DNA of 64,000 nt from Candidatus Poribacteria bacterium (GTDB taxonomy: Bacteria > Poribacteria > WGA-4E > PCPOR2b), in assembly GCA_965215015.1 (NCBI GenBank), contig OZ244042.1:5600001-5664000 (forward strand), read 5' to 3'. A model generated the notes under the pieces. That model was given only the letters and a program-made list of their open reading frames with translations. It did not search any database and was not told the DNA's origin. This document shows positions 19,904 to 30,800 of the stretch, one piece after another. The position numbers and the translations under genes were made by a program. How positions within the stretch are numbered: position 1 is the first letter of the stretch; each line of letters begins with the position of its first letter.

Positions 19904-21318
19904 AAACTGTATTCCTTGATTTTTCTGAAGATTGTTCGTTTTGAAACTCCTAAAATTTTTGCGGCTTTTGCTCTGTTATTGCCAACATATTGGAGTGTCG
20001 ATCGAATAACTTCCTTCTCAATTTCTGCCATTGACATCCCCACTTCAACCAGCAACCCCGATGAAGGTAAGGTTGCCACGCCTGTGTCTGGAGCGGTAGG
20101 GGCGGAGAGAATAATGGGAGAACTGACACCGGCGGATTTGAGAATATGTTCCGGAATGTCATCAAGGTCGAGCTCTAGTTGATTCGACATGATAACCATA
20201 CCTTCAATGCAGTTTCTCAACTCTCGCACATTTCCCTGCCAGTTGTACTTCATCAACACTCGCATTGCCCGAGAGGTCATGCTTTGGGTCATCATCCGGT
20301 TTTCCCGGCAAAATTCTTCCGTGAAAGTTTTAACTAGGAGCGGAATATCCTCTCTTCGCTCACGGAGCAGTGGCAGAGAAATTCGGATGACGTTTAAGCG
20401 ATCGTAGAGATCTGGCAGAAACTTTTCCTGCTCCACCGCCTTCTCAAGATTACGGTTCGTTGCACAAATTACGCGAACATCAATCTCTATTGATTCATTC
20501 CCACCGACGCGCTGAAACTCCCTCTCGGCGAGTACTCGCAGGAGTCTTGCTTGGTTTGACAAACTTAATTGTCCCACTTCATCGAGAAATAACGTTCCCC
20601 CATGAGCCGCCTCAAACCGTCCCTTCCGCCTCTGATAGGCGCCTGTGAACGCGCCCCGTTCATGTCCGAAAAGTTCGGATTCTGCGAGCCCTTCGTTCAG
20701 GGCTGCACAATTAAATATAACTAGCGGCCCTCGCCTCAAACTTCGGTGGTGCATAGCGCGCGCGACTAGCTCCTTTCCGGTGCCTCGCTCCCCGCGAATC
20801 ATGACGGTAGCTTTGGTGGGGGCAATCTGTGCAATGAGATCTCGAATCTCTTGGATTTTCGGTGAGTGTCCCGTTAATTGGAGGAGTCCGACTCGCTCAT
20901 CAATCTGGGACTGTAATTGCCGATTTTCTTGGGTGAGCCGTTGGTTTTCGAGTACCTTGTGGAGGAGGGCTTTCAGTTGAGCATGGTTGAGGGGTTTAGG
21001 CAAAAAATAACTTGCCCCCATGTGAACCGTGGCTTTGATGCCAACATCGGTTTCTAAAACGTTTGGTGCTGTGATGAAGATCACCCCGACATCGGGGTTC
21101 TGATCATAGGCCGCTTCAAGGAGTTTGAGTCCATCAACTCGCTCCCCTATGAGTGGAGCGATCAACACATCAATATTCAAGCGTTCAATACGGTCTAACG
21201 CTTCATACATCGTGCGAGTCGCAAGCACATGCAACCTTTCGCGCTCAAGTGTGAGACAAATTGTTTCGCGCTGCCGGTAGTCTGGATCAACAACGAGGAT
21301 AGTGGTTTGGCTGTTCAT
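19891..21318 (-). CDS. Sigma54-dependent Fis-family activator (NtrC-like) with an atypical receiver domain
   Basis: Motifs GERGTGKE, ESELFGHERGAFTGA, LFLDEV and WQGNVREL, plus a C-terminal HTH. Confidence 0.92.
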   Translation of the reverse strand: MNSQTTILVVDPDYRQRETICLTLERERLHVLATRTMYEALDRIERLNIDVLIAPLIGERVDGLKLLEAAYDQNPDVGVIFITAPNVLETDVGIKATVHMGASYFLPKPLNHAQLKALLHKVLENQRLTQENRQLQSQIDERVGLLQLTGHSPKIQEIRDLIAQIAPTKATVMIRGERGTGKELVARAMHHRSLRRGPLVIFNCAALNEGLAESELFGHERGAFTGAYQRRKGRFEAAHGGTLFLDEVGQLSLSNQARLLRVLAEREFQRVGGNESIEIDVRVICATNRNLEKAVEQEKFLPDLYDRLNVIRISLPLLRERREDIPLLVKTFTEEFCRENRMMTQSMTSRAMRVLMKYNWQGNVRELRNCIEGMVIMSNQLELDLDDIPEHILKSAGVSSPIILSAPTAPDTGVATLPSSGLLVEVGMSMAEIEKEVIRSTLQYVGNNRAKAAKILGVSKRTIFRKIKEYSLCNE

Positions 21319-21322
21319 TGTG

Positions 21323-21766
21323 CTAGCCTAGTTTCTGTCTGACAATTTGGCTAACAACCGAATTGTCTGCTTTACCTCTCAACTGTGGGACGAGTCTACC
21401 CATGACCTTGCCCATATCTCGCATTGATGTGGCCCCTAACTCCTCAATCGCGTCTGTGACAACGGCTGCGATTTCTTCCTCCGAAAGTTGAGCAGGAAGA
21501 AATTCTTGCAATATATTAATCTGTTCCATTTCGGCTTCGACGAGATTACCACGATTAGATTGGCGCAGCTGTTCCAGCGCATCCTTCCGTTTCTTAATCT
21601 GGCTGGCGATTACCTCTAAAACGCCATCATCATCCAACTCAACCTGACTATTGATTTCCTTATCTCGGACAGCACCACGCACCATGCGAATCGCAGACAG
21701 ACGGTTTTTGTCTCTTGCTCTCATCGCCTGCTTCATATCTTCGTTTAATTGTTCTTTGAGTTCCAT
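21323..21766 (-). CDS. GatB/YqeY domain protein
   Basis: MELKEQLNEDMKQAMRARDK...LP.QLS...DMGKVMG. The ORF-track N-terminal extension crosses a REP-like repeat and is probably non-coding. Confidence 0.92.
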   Translation of the reverse strand: MELKEQLNEDMKQAMRARDKNRLSAIRMVRGAVRDKEINSQVELDDDGVLEVIASQIKKRKDALEQLRQSNRGNLVEAEMEQINILQEFLPAQLSEEEIAAVVTDAIEELGATSMRDMGKVMGRLVPQLRGKADNSVVSQIVRQKLG

Positions 21767-22144
21767 AAAAAAATCCTTCGTCTCTCTACATAATTTGCTA
21801 TAGAGTCCGTTTGAAAAGTCATTTTGGGCAAAGTGATTTGCCCTGAAACTGAGTTTTTTCTTCAAAATTTGGTTTCTGCCGCAATCCAGAAGGGCGTGCA
21901 CTATCCAACGGCATATCATTATATTCAGGAACAGTGGTAGGGACTTGGTTTTCCAACCCGACGGTTTGGGAGAATCGACTCCTACCCGCCCAATGCGGCT
22001 CGCTGTAGATTGGCAAATCCACAGCACTTGGGGACAATCTCTTGCTTTTTAAAACAGGTTCTATAAGCAGATTAAAATGATACCCCATCTCCCAACAGTC
22101 GTCAAGCCAAAAAGTAGGACAATAAACCTTGATAAGATCAGGAT

Positions 22145-22822
22145 TCAAAGCAACTGGCTATACGTTCGAGGCGCGGGGATGCTTTCCCCCGCGAGGGCCA
22201 TGCCAAACAGGTGATCTTGCAACAGTTGCAACCCTGCCGGGGTATCCACATCATACCACGGCGGGAGCAAGCCCAATCGTGCGTTAATCATCCGAATTTT
22301 TTCAAGCGTTTGTCGGAAGACGACATCGGTGCTCCATGTGACTTCCTCAAAAATAGTGGGAATTAACAACGATGCCCCGTGCTTTGAAAAGCCGATCAGG
22401 TAGTATCCGCCGTCCACACTGGGACCGATGACAACATCACGCGATTCTAGTAAATCGAGCGCGTGTTCAACATACTGAATTGGGAGTGTTGGACTATCTG
22501 AACCCACGAATAGAAATTTTGCATAATCCCGATCATACGCCCAGTATGCGGCAGCAATCAAGCGTTCCCCAAGCGTTGCACCTTGTTGGGGAATGTAAAC
22601 CAGATCTTCACCGATCAGGGTTTGCAAAGCATTTAAGCCTTCGGGCGGTGTATAGGCAATCACGCGGTGAACTGTAGAGATTGTGGAAAGGACGTTGCAC
22701 CAATCGACGAGGAACGCCTGATATAGTGCCGCAGCCTGCCCTGCCGAAAGATGCGGTATGAGGCGGGTTTTAACTTGACCGGGAACAGGGCTTTTGACAA
22801 AAACTATGACGCAAACAGCCAT
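22145..22822 (-). CDS. DUF2064/TIGR04282-family glycosyltransferase-like protein
   Basis: Motifs K.P.PG.VKTRL, QQG..LGER, GSDSP, GP..DGGYYLIG and DVDT. Confidence 0.88.
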   Translation of the reverse strand: MAVCVIVFVKSPVPGQVKTRLIPHLSAGQAAALYQAFLVDWCNVLSTISTVHRVIAYTPPEGLNALQTLIGEDLVYIPQQGATLGERLIAAAYWAYDRDYAKFLFVGSDSPTLPIQYVEHALDLLESRDVVIGPSVDGGYYLIGFSKHGASLLIPTIFEEVTWSTDVVFRQTLEKIRMINARLGLLPPWYDVDTPAGLQLLQDHLFGMALAGESIPAPRTYSQLL

Positions 22823-23820
22823 ATTTTGCCCCCTCGTTGTGCGTTGTGACGGGCATCTACCTGGTAGGGAAAGAAGGCGGACTGCAAATCCGATGGTTCT
22901 GATGGGCTTGGCTGGCGTTGTCTCCAAGCCATAGCGATTACAATGCAAGCGATAATGATTGCTAGAAAAGCGATTAGATTTCCTTTGAGCGTTCCACCGC
23001 TGCGATCAATCTGAAATTTTGCAACACAGCCGGTAACCGCAGCGAGTAGAGCGAGCATCAGACTGGCGTACCACGGCAGATGGACAATCACGCCGAGGAG
23101 GGAAACCAACGATACCCACAGACCGAACTTGGCAAGGCGACTGATTGGCGCGTCCGCAGCACTAGCATTGCCAGGAGCGGGTTCCGTTTGTTGCTGATTG
23201 TGCGGTCGGGATGGCGGCACGTCCCGATAGGTGGATTCGACTAAATGGATAAACTCCGGCAACAAATTCTCCCGCCTAAGCCATTGGGAAAGGTTCGGAT
23301 ATTCGTGCCTGATGAGGATTGAAAACTCTTGGCGTTGAGCACTAAAATCGATAAACTCTTCCCAGCGGGCCTCTTCGACCATATAATAAGGTGTTACCCC
23401 AACTTGCAGTTCATAGCCTCGTCCGACGTGATGGGCAATTTTACCAATCCCCTCACGCTCCGCAATGACGATTGCTTTTCCCGCTGTCGGTGTCTCTTGT
23501 GGTAGGGCACTTTCCGAAGGATTCGCGGCGCGCGCCAGATCGAGATTGCTTTCATTAGCCGTATGCTGATTTTCATATTCCTCATTCGTTATTGCCAGCC
23601 CGGTCTTACTAACGATTTCTAAGGCATCAACTAAGTTTTCAGGGTCAACGAAAAGGATAATATGGCGTTGCCTATCGGCGTTACGCATGTATTCAGGACG
23701 GCAACGAATCTGTTTATTACTGAGCATCGTCTGAATCAGGTTTGATTCCCACTCGTCTGTCGTGCGATAGATTTCAACCCAATCGTCGGTACTAAAAAGT
23801 ATGTCGTTGTTTTTAGCCAC
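22804..23820 (-). CDS. Membrane protein with DUF2007-like N-terminus and DUF4190-like C-terminal helices
   Basis: N-terminal WVEIY..DEWES.LI..ML. The C-terminus has 2-3 TM segments with 'I.RS.G.LKG..IA'. Confidence 0.6.
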   Translation of the reverse strand: MAKNNDILFSTDDWVEIYRTTDEWESNLIQTMLSNKQIRCRPEYMRNADRQRHIILFVDPENLVDALEIVSKTGLAITNEEYENQHTANESNLDLARAANPSESALPQETPTAGKAIVIAEREGIGKIAHHVGRGYELQVGVTPYYMVEEARWEEFIDFSAQRQEFSILIRHEYPNLSQWLRRENLLPEFIHLVESTYRDVPPSRPHNQQQTEPAPGNASAADAPISRLAKFGLWVSLVSLLGVIVHLPWYASLMLALLAAVTGCVAKFQIDRSGGTLKGNLIAFLAIIIACIVIAMAWRQRQPSPSEPSDLQSAFFPYQVDARHNAQRGGKIWLFAS

Positions 23821-23856
23821 GGTTTTCCTCTGCGGTGCGACTTATGTCACAGTGAG

Positions 23857-24321
23857 CTACATCTCTGGACTGTAAAGAATCGCTTCATCAATTCGGCGAT
23901 AGTCAACGAGCTCGCTGGAATCGAACAGAATGTTCAACTCACGTTCTGCGTTCTCAGGGGAATCTGAGGCGTGGACAACATTGTGAGTGATGTCAATTGA
24001 AAAATCTCCACGAATGCTGCCGGGGTAAGATTCATTCGGTCTTGTTGCCCCATTTACTAGACGCACCAGCTCGATAGCATTTCGTCCCTCAAGGGCAATC
24101 GCCACAATCGGCGTCGAGGTCATAAATTGGATGAGGTAGTCGTAAAAAAACTTTCCCTGATGTGGCGCGTAGAGTTGATCCGCTCGGTCTTTTGGAAGTT
24201 TAACTAACTTCAGTCCGACCAGTTTGAGGCCCTTGCGTTCAAAGCGGGCGATAATTTCACCAATCAGGCCACGTTGAACGCCATCCGGTTTAATCAAAAC
24301 TAAGGTTTTCTCTGGGTCCAT
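23857..24321 (-). CDS. ndk: Nucleoside-diphosphate kinase
   Basis: Motifs IKPDGVQRGLIG, PGSIRGDF and NVVHASDS. Confidence 0.97.
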   Translation of the reverse strand: MDPEKTLVLIKPDGVQRGLIGEIIARFERKGLKLVGLKLVKLPKDRADQLYAPHQGKFFYDYLIQFMTSTPIVAIALEGRNAIELVRLVNGATRPNESYPGSIRGDFSIDITHNVVHASDSPENAERELNILFDSSELVDYRRIDEAILYSPEM

Positions 24322-24404
24322 TTAACCGCCTATTTGTTGTAATATGTAATGGGTGAGCGGCACAGACACACCTTGCGCGGTCCAACCACTCACCATTTAC
24401 TGGG

Positions 24405-25271
24405 TTACAGGGTTTTCTCCAACTCCTTCAGTAATTCCTTCTGTTTTCTTGTCAAGGAACGGGGAATTTCGATCTTGATCTGGACGCGTAGATCCCCCTT
24501 ACGCTTCGACGAATCGACAACGCCACCCCCACGGACTCTCAACTGTTGCTCCGGCTGCGTCCCCGGCGGGATTTTCAGATCGATGTGTCCCTTTAGGGTC
24601 GGAACACGAATTTTCCCGCCCAAGGCTGCGAGCGTAAAAGGCACTGTGGCTTGGGTCACGAGATCTAAATCCTCTCGCTTAAAATTTGGATGTGGTTGAA
24701 CAGCGATTTTCACAATCAGTGAGCCGCGCTGTCCCCTCGCAGTTAGATTTCCTTGACCGGCAAGACGCAAGGATTGTCCATCCTTAATGCCCGGTGGAAT
24801 CTTAATGGTAAGGGTCCTGGCGTTCACCTGAACCCGCTTTTCGGCACCCAATATGGATTCCTCAAACGAGATTGTCAGTCTTGTTTGCACGTGGCCAGGG
24901 CGTTGTGATTCAAAGCCGGTAGGATTGTCCCTACTAAATACATCTCCGAAGACATCACCGAAGTTCCCAAAGGCCTCACGTCCAAAGATATCTCCAAAAT
25001 TGGCGAAAATGTCCTCAAAGTTTGTGTATCCTTGAAATCCGGCGTTATGGACTCCCGCGTGTCCGCGTATATCGTAGATCTTCCGCTTCTCGGTATCCGA
25101 TAACACGTCGTATGCATTTGAGGCTTCCTTGAATTTTTCTTCCGCAGTCTTATCTCCCGGGTTTTTGTCGGGATGATATTTCAGCGCGACCTTGCGGTAA
25201 GCCCGCTTAATCTCCTCTGGAGAAGCGTTCCGTTTCACCCCAAGGACTTCATAGTAATCTCGTTCTGCCAT
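24405..25271 (-). CDS. DnaJ-class chaperone lacking the zinc finger (CbpA-like)
   Basis: J domain with HPD, a G/F-rich linker and a DnaJ C-terminal domain. No CxxCxGxG motifs. Confidence 0.93.
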   Translation of the reverse strand: MAERDYYEVLGVKRNASPEEIKRAYRKVALKYHPDKNPGDKTAEEKFKEASNAYDVLSDTEKRKIYDIRGHAGVHNAGFQGYTNFEDIFANFGDIFGREAFGNFGDVFGDVFSRDNPTGFESQRPGHVQTRLTISFEESILGAEKRVQVNARTLTIKIPPGIKDGQSLRLAGQGNLTARGQRGSLIVKIAVQPHPNFKREDLDLVTQATVPFTLAALGGKIRVPTLKGHIDLKIPPGTQPEQQLRVRGGGVVDSSKRKGDLRVQIKIEIPRSLTRKQKELLKELEKTL

Positions 25272-25405
25272 CTAATTTTCCCTTGTATCTCAAATGGTAT
25301 TAACCAATGGTGCTAGTTTGCAACTGTTGATACACTTTCCGATCAAAAACCTTAAGTGAAACGTGAAAGCCATTTTGCTCATGGGTTCATTTTGTTGATT
25401 GATTT

Positions 25406-25581
25406 ATTAATCAAGGGGTGTGCATAATTCGAGACACATTATAGCGAAATTCAAGCGAGGGGTCCTCGGTCAATCGTAGGGGTTTGGATACCAAGCCCGA
25501 CGGGTTGGGAGACCCGTCCCTTACACATTGAGAGATGTTGAGAAGTATCCGCAACCTATTTATGAGCACCCCTTCATTAAT
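25406..25581. mobile_element. MITE-like element with GGGGTG(C/T)(T/G)CATAA terminal inverted repeats enclosing a GTAG REP
   Basis: ttaatcaaggggtgtgcataa ... ttatgagcaccccttcattaa, with an internal gtagggg...cccttac at 25476-25524. Confidence 0.6.
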
Positions 25582-25970
25582 TAGGATTACGCACGTGAGT
25601 TTGTCGTAACGCCATTCAACCCGCGGCACCATAGAACATAAATCGCCCAACAGTAGTAAGGATAAGCCGTATGCTGTCCCCCCTTTCCCCCGCTTAAGGG
25701 GGAAGGGGGGACAGCACGGCGGACATGACGCCTACTTTGGCATTCACTGTCGCCGCCCGATTCATCGGGTGGTGGGAGGCACCTTCACCGGCGGTGAATC
25801 GCCGAGGATACCCGGACTCTAGCGCAAGAGAATACCAGATACTCTAGCGCGATAATCCTGGCTCAATCCGCCCGGAACATTACGCTATAGTCCGGGGGTT
25901 TTCAACCGTCCATGAACATTGCGCGACCTTTTCGGGTATTGGCTTCGAGGGGGCAACGGCGTAAGTCCTA
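25582..25970. mobile_element. MITE-like element bounded by TAGGA(C)TTACGC / GCGTAAGTCCTA inverted ends
   Basis: taggattacgca at 25582 and gcgtaagtccta at 25959-25970, with strong internal hairpins at 25671-25717 and ~25751-25775. Confidence 0.6.
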
Positions 25971-26059
25971 AATGTACGAATGAACTTTTCTTTATTGAAC
26001 CGAGCGAACTGTTGAACGACGTGGAAACGACAACCTCACCAACTCGCACCAAAGGTTAT
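25971..26059. repeat. ~88-bp dispersed repeat, copy 2
   Basis: Matches 247-334. Confidence 0.85.
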
Positions 26060-26490
26060 TATGCGTCGCCGCCGTGATCCGGATTTAGTTTTTCATCAAG
26101 GCTGTACCTACCCGGTCCAATCAGAATCAAGCTCAGAAAAACGATGCCGGCTTCAATCGCGTGCGAGGCACCCCCCAACCCATCCCCGCGACTTAGATGA
26201 CTCGCAGTAGCGACCAACATCGTTATTGTCAGAAGGATACAGGCGGGTCTAAGGAAAAAACCGAGAATGAGACAGATACCCCCCAAAGCCTCTGAAATCG
26301 CAGCCATGAATCCCCAAAACGCCGGTATGAATGTAATACCAAAACTCCCCATTGCCATCCCGATCTTTTCCCATTTCTCGGGACCGCCAAACAGTTTTGG
26401 GAACCCATGGAAGAGGAACATACACCCAAGTCCGATCCGAAGAATTAATAAACCGATGTGTCGATGTTTATCCAAAAATGTCAAGATCAT
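26059..26490 (-). CDS. DoxX family membrane protein
   Basis: Motifs LRIGLG.MF..HG.PKL, E..GG..L.LG and GPGRYSLD. Confidence 0.92.
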   Translation of the reverse strand: MILTFLDKHRHIGLLILRIGLGCMFLFHGFPKLFGGPEKWEKIGMAMGSFGITFIPAFWGFMAAISEALGGICLILGFFLRPACILLTITMLVATASHLSRGDGLGGASHAIEAGIVFLSLILIGPGRYSLDEKLNPDHGGDA

Positions 26491-26793
26491 CTCTTGTGTC
26501 TCCTTTCGTGTTTGGTTGTTGGAAGATATCTAGCATGTTGCATAACATTCCTGGATCAATTAACCAGATCCTATAGTGCAACCATTCTAGATATGTGCTG
26601 CCCAAGCTTGCCCTCGTGAAAACAAGGAAATGATAGGCGATCCTAAGAAAATAATCAAGAAAAAAAATACAGGTCTTGACCGAGGACATTGCCGAAGGCT
26701 TCGGTGTTCTGAAACTGAATCCTTACGATTTTCGTGTGAGATCAATCGGGTTGAAAAGCATCCTCAATTCGATCCTGTCAACATAAGGCAATT

Positions 26794-27656
26794 CTCATTT
26801 ACCCCCATTTTTTTTTGGTATAGATTTGAGTTATTTTTATGAGTTAGGATAGTAAGAATAATTGTGATTAAGGGGGTTGGGGGGTATCTCCGCGGCACAG
26901 TGGCAGTGTAAAGTAAGGATTGAGCCACCACCCGCCCCACGCCTCAGCCACTACCCGCTTTATCACCGTAATCAGTGAGTCGATTTTTGTCCGTGTGTTG
27001 AAGGCTTTTGCCCATCGGTCTCCTGACTTTTGATAGGTGATAAACAGTAAGCCATAACTGAGACAAGCTAACAACCATAACAGGTTGATGCGGGATTTTG
27101 ACGGGTTTTTGAGTCTCAAGCTGCCAAAGCCAAAGCCGGTCTTGATGTCGCGAAAGCCGTGTTCAATCTGCATTCTTCGCTTATAATAGTGGTATATTTG
27201 ACACCCCGTCAGATGACTTGAAATCAGATACATCGGTTCAGCAAACCACCGCGGATGACAAACGGAATCTGTTGTGCCTTGAGAAACTTTATCACATATT
27301 TAGCACGGGCGAAGCCTCTATCGAATATCAACGTGGCTTCACACCGGTCCGGTAAAATCGCTTGCGTCTTTTGATACAGTGTGAGACAAAAGCGTTGGAT
27401 AATCGCATTATGGCGGGTATAGGTCAACTACGGGGTTGAAAATCTCGGTGAGAGTAGTTATCATAGAACTGAGATTCACCGGCTTATGGCGGTGGGTGCC
27501 TTTCATAATACCTCCTTGTTTAAAACAATCGATATTTTAGACTTTTAGACAGGTTAGACAGGGAGGTATTTTACCATATCTGACAACCCCTGCTCACATC
27601 TATGCCTCTCTAAAACAAACAACATTACACCTCTCAAAAAAATGGGGGTAAGTGAC
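26794..27656 (-). mobile_element. Internally deleted IS4-family element (both IRs, transposase fragments)
   Basis: Fragments carry DRGF and YKRRMQIEHGFRDIK (the Y2R3E6K signature). The start MKGTHRH is at 27506 and the inner IR ends at 27656. Confidence 0.88.
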
Positions 27657-27736
27657 CAATAAAGTGAGTTGATTTTCCAAAATCGATAGCCTGCATCGAG
27701 ATCTGAATCTCGACTAACGGGGTTTATCATTCGTAC

Positions 27737-27780
27737 AAAAAAAACTGCTAAATGCCTCGTTGCGAGGAGGCATTTAGCAG
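27737..27780 (-). terminator. Intrinsic terminator of the giant-protein gene
   Basis: ctgctaaatgcct/aggcatttagcag 13-bp stem followed by T8 on the minus strand, 40 nt after the stop. Confidence 0.88.
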
Positions 27781-27819
27781 CTATGTTAAGTGAATGTATA
27801 GTAATGTATAGTGTGGACG

Positions 27820-30800
27820 CTACTTCAGAATCAGCATCTTACGGGTTGCAGAGAAGTCTCCTGCACTCAGGCTGTAGAAGTAGATGCCACTGGCTACCTG
27901 TTCACCGAAACGGTTTCGGCCGTCCCAGTAGATGGCTTTGGCTCTCGACTCATACACCGCCGCTGTCTGATGCCCCATATCGAGGGTTCGCACCGCCAGA
28001 CCGGTGCTATCGTAGATGGTCAAGACGACATCCGCATCTGATGCCAACCGATACGGTATCCACGTCTCTGGGTTGAATGGATTCGGATAGTTTCGCAGCA
28101 GCTCCGTCTCTGACGGAATCTCATAGGCGATGAGGTCTGCCAACTCAATCCGAGTGGCTTTCACATCGTCAACCGTAACGATATGACGCACCGGCTGGAC
28201 ACCGATTAACGGACTGGGTGAATCTGCCGAAATCTCCAGGACATCCCCCACCTGTGCCGCATGACCCACCTTCAGGTCAACAAAGGTCATGTTGTAGCCT
28301 GTTGTTTTCTCTGTGGAGGTCACCCGGTTGAGTGCGGCTTTGGTGGACAGATTCTTCACCTTGACCCGGAATCCGTCCTGCGCCACTCCGGTGGTCTCAT
28401 CAACGACCGAACCGTTGACATCCAGGACAGGGGTTTGACCGGCAACCTGATGACTAACCAACGTGATAGGGGCAGCCGCCGCCGTGTCCTGACTCCAACC
28501 GGTTCCGATAAGAGCAGCCGTTGCATCGGTGGTTGCTGTGACCAGATAGGCTGCATCGCCCATGACCGGTCCATCATTTACATCGCCTGCCGCTGCAACG
28601 GACTTGTATCCCTCCGCCGTTGAAACAACAACACTCGCCACAACGCCGGTAGCAAACAGCGCGGCAATGTCGCTGACATTGGTCAGTCTCGCATCGTTAA
28701 CGGGTAGACCGATGAGGTTAGAACCGGCTGTTAGATTGATGGTTGATGCGCCGTCGTCCCAGGCATACCCGGTGAAAGTCACCGTCGCTTCAGCACTCAT
28801 CGAAACGAGGATACCTAGGTCTGCGGTAATTGGGACATCGTCGCTCCGGCTATTCCATAAATCGGTGGCCCTATCATAGACAATCAGCAGATTGGCGTTG
28901 CTGCCGAGCATCTCTCGGAGGTCGCCTACCGTGTCGAGCCCCTCAACTGCCAACGGGACGTGGAACAGGCTCGTCCCCGCCGGTATCACAGAGGTATAGG
29001 ACAGCATGTTGTCCAACGTAACCATCGCCGTGCCGATGCCGCTGTTGCCTGCGGCGTCGATCGCGGTTACGGTGATGGTTTTGGAGCCATTGATGGCTGT
29101 GTTATCTTCACTGACAACGAGTGAGGCACTATACGACCCATCGGCGCCCATCGTCAGAGCAACCCCATCGGTTTGGGTGGTGTCTAACGTAGAGACATCC
29201 GCCATCACGGAGGTGATGCTGCTCGCGTCGGAGACGGTCGCAGAGATTTCCACCGGCTCACCGTCGGCCACGGTCTCAGGAGACGCCATCGCCATCACGG
29301 TCGGCATTGTGCTGTCAAGCGTCAACGCATTGGACACCATCACACTTTGACCATTCAGACTGACAGACACATCATACATACCATCGGCGTGCTGATCTGC
29401 GACGACGGTAAACGCCCCGCTGTAGGTGCCGCTCGATACTTCTGCCATCGAGTGGTCGGTGACAATCGAACCGACGGAGAACATGACGGTTCGACCCGCC
29501 GTGCCCATGGCACTGACCGTGACGGTATCACCCGCCATAGCCAGTGCAGGTTCAATGGTGACGCTGCCTTCGGTAATGGCTATCACAGAGGTTGTGACCG
29601 TGACCGGCTGGCTCGCCATCGTCAGACCGGGTGCTGTCGCGGTAATCGTTGCCATCCCGGGAGTCGAATCTTGATAGTAGACCATCGCTGAGACCTCGCC
29701 GCCTGCAACGGTTACGGTGATGCTCTCGGTTCCCGTCCCTTCAGCGAGCTCAGAGAACATGCCTGCGGAGCTGGAGGTCAGGGTGACCGACACATCGGAC
29801 GCCATCGCTACCTCATGCCCATCGGCATCTCTCAATCCGACGGTGATACCTAACGGCATCGCCCCCTCGTCGGCTGAAACGGTGCCGGCACTGCTCAGTG
29901 TGAGTTGGGTCGGCGTCGAGTCTTGGACGCGCACCGACACGTTGGAGGCTACCTGTCGACCATCAAACAGCATGACGAATCTAGAGACCTCACGGTTGGC
30001 GGGGGCGTCGGCATTGTGGTAGGTGAAGATAATTTCATCTCCCGCTTCGACCTCAAGCCCGCCCAATTTCACACGCGCCACCATGTCTCGGTCGACCGGT
30101 GCCAGTTTCTCGACACTCACCGTCGTCGCAACCCCCATCTGCCGGTGCACCACGGTGTAGGTTCCCTTATTTTCAGGGTCCATCGCCGCACTGCTCGGTG
30201 TTGTCCAACCGGGGGGCACATGCACCCGGAACTCCCGCGGCGCGTTGACGAAGCCGGCAGCAGTGTAGGTAAAGGTCAGGTTCACACCTGTCGCCCCGGC
30301 GTCTACAATCCTCGGGGCGACCTCACCGGAACCGGCACCCTGTCTCGCCTCGTCGACGTCGACGGTCAGCATGGTATCATCGCCGGAGACATCCTCAAAC
30401 TCATCGGCTGCATCGCCCCCGTGCACTCCAACCGCAAAGGCGACACCGGTGTCCGCGGTGGGCTTGGGCTGGACATCACCGGTATAGACAAAGGTCACCG
30501 TCCCGTTGGCACTCAAGTTGACGCCTTCGACGATAGCCATTTGACCACTAAAGGTGGGGGCGATTGCGGGTGTAATTTCCACCGTATCCGCCGTCGGTGC
30601 AGACCAATCGGCGGGAACCTCGAGCCGCACCTTGCCACCTATCATTTGACCGGCTGCCGTGTAGGTGACGGTCAGCTCCCTGCCGGTATCACCGGTATGA
30701 AGCGTACCCTCCCCATCGGTCACAGCAATGACGGCTTTGCCTTTACCACTGGCTTGGGGGTTGACCGTGACGGTCGGCTGCGTTCGAATCGGTGCGAGGT

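Noticed and set aside
21767-22148. N-terminal extension of YqeY and ORF 21819-22148
   Set aside because: They run through a GTAG REP-like repeat (21937-21985), and YqeY similarity begins at 21766.
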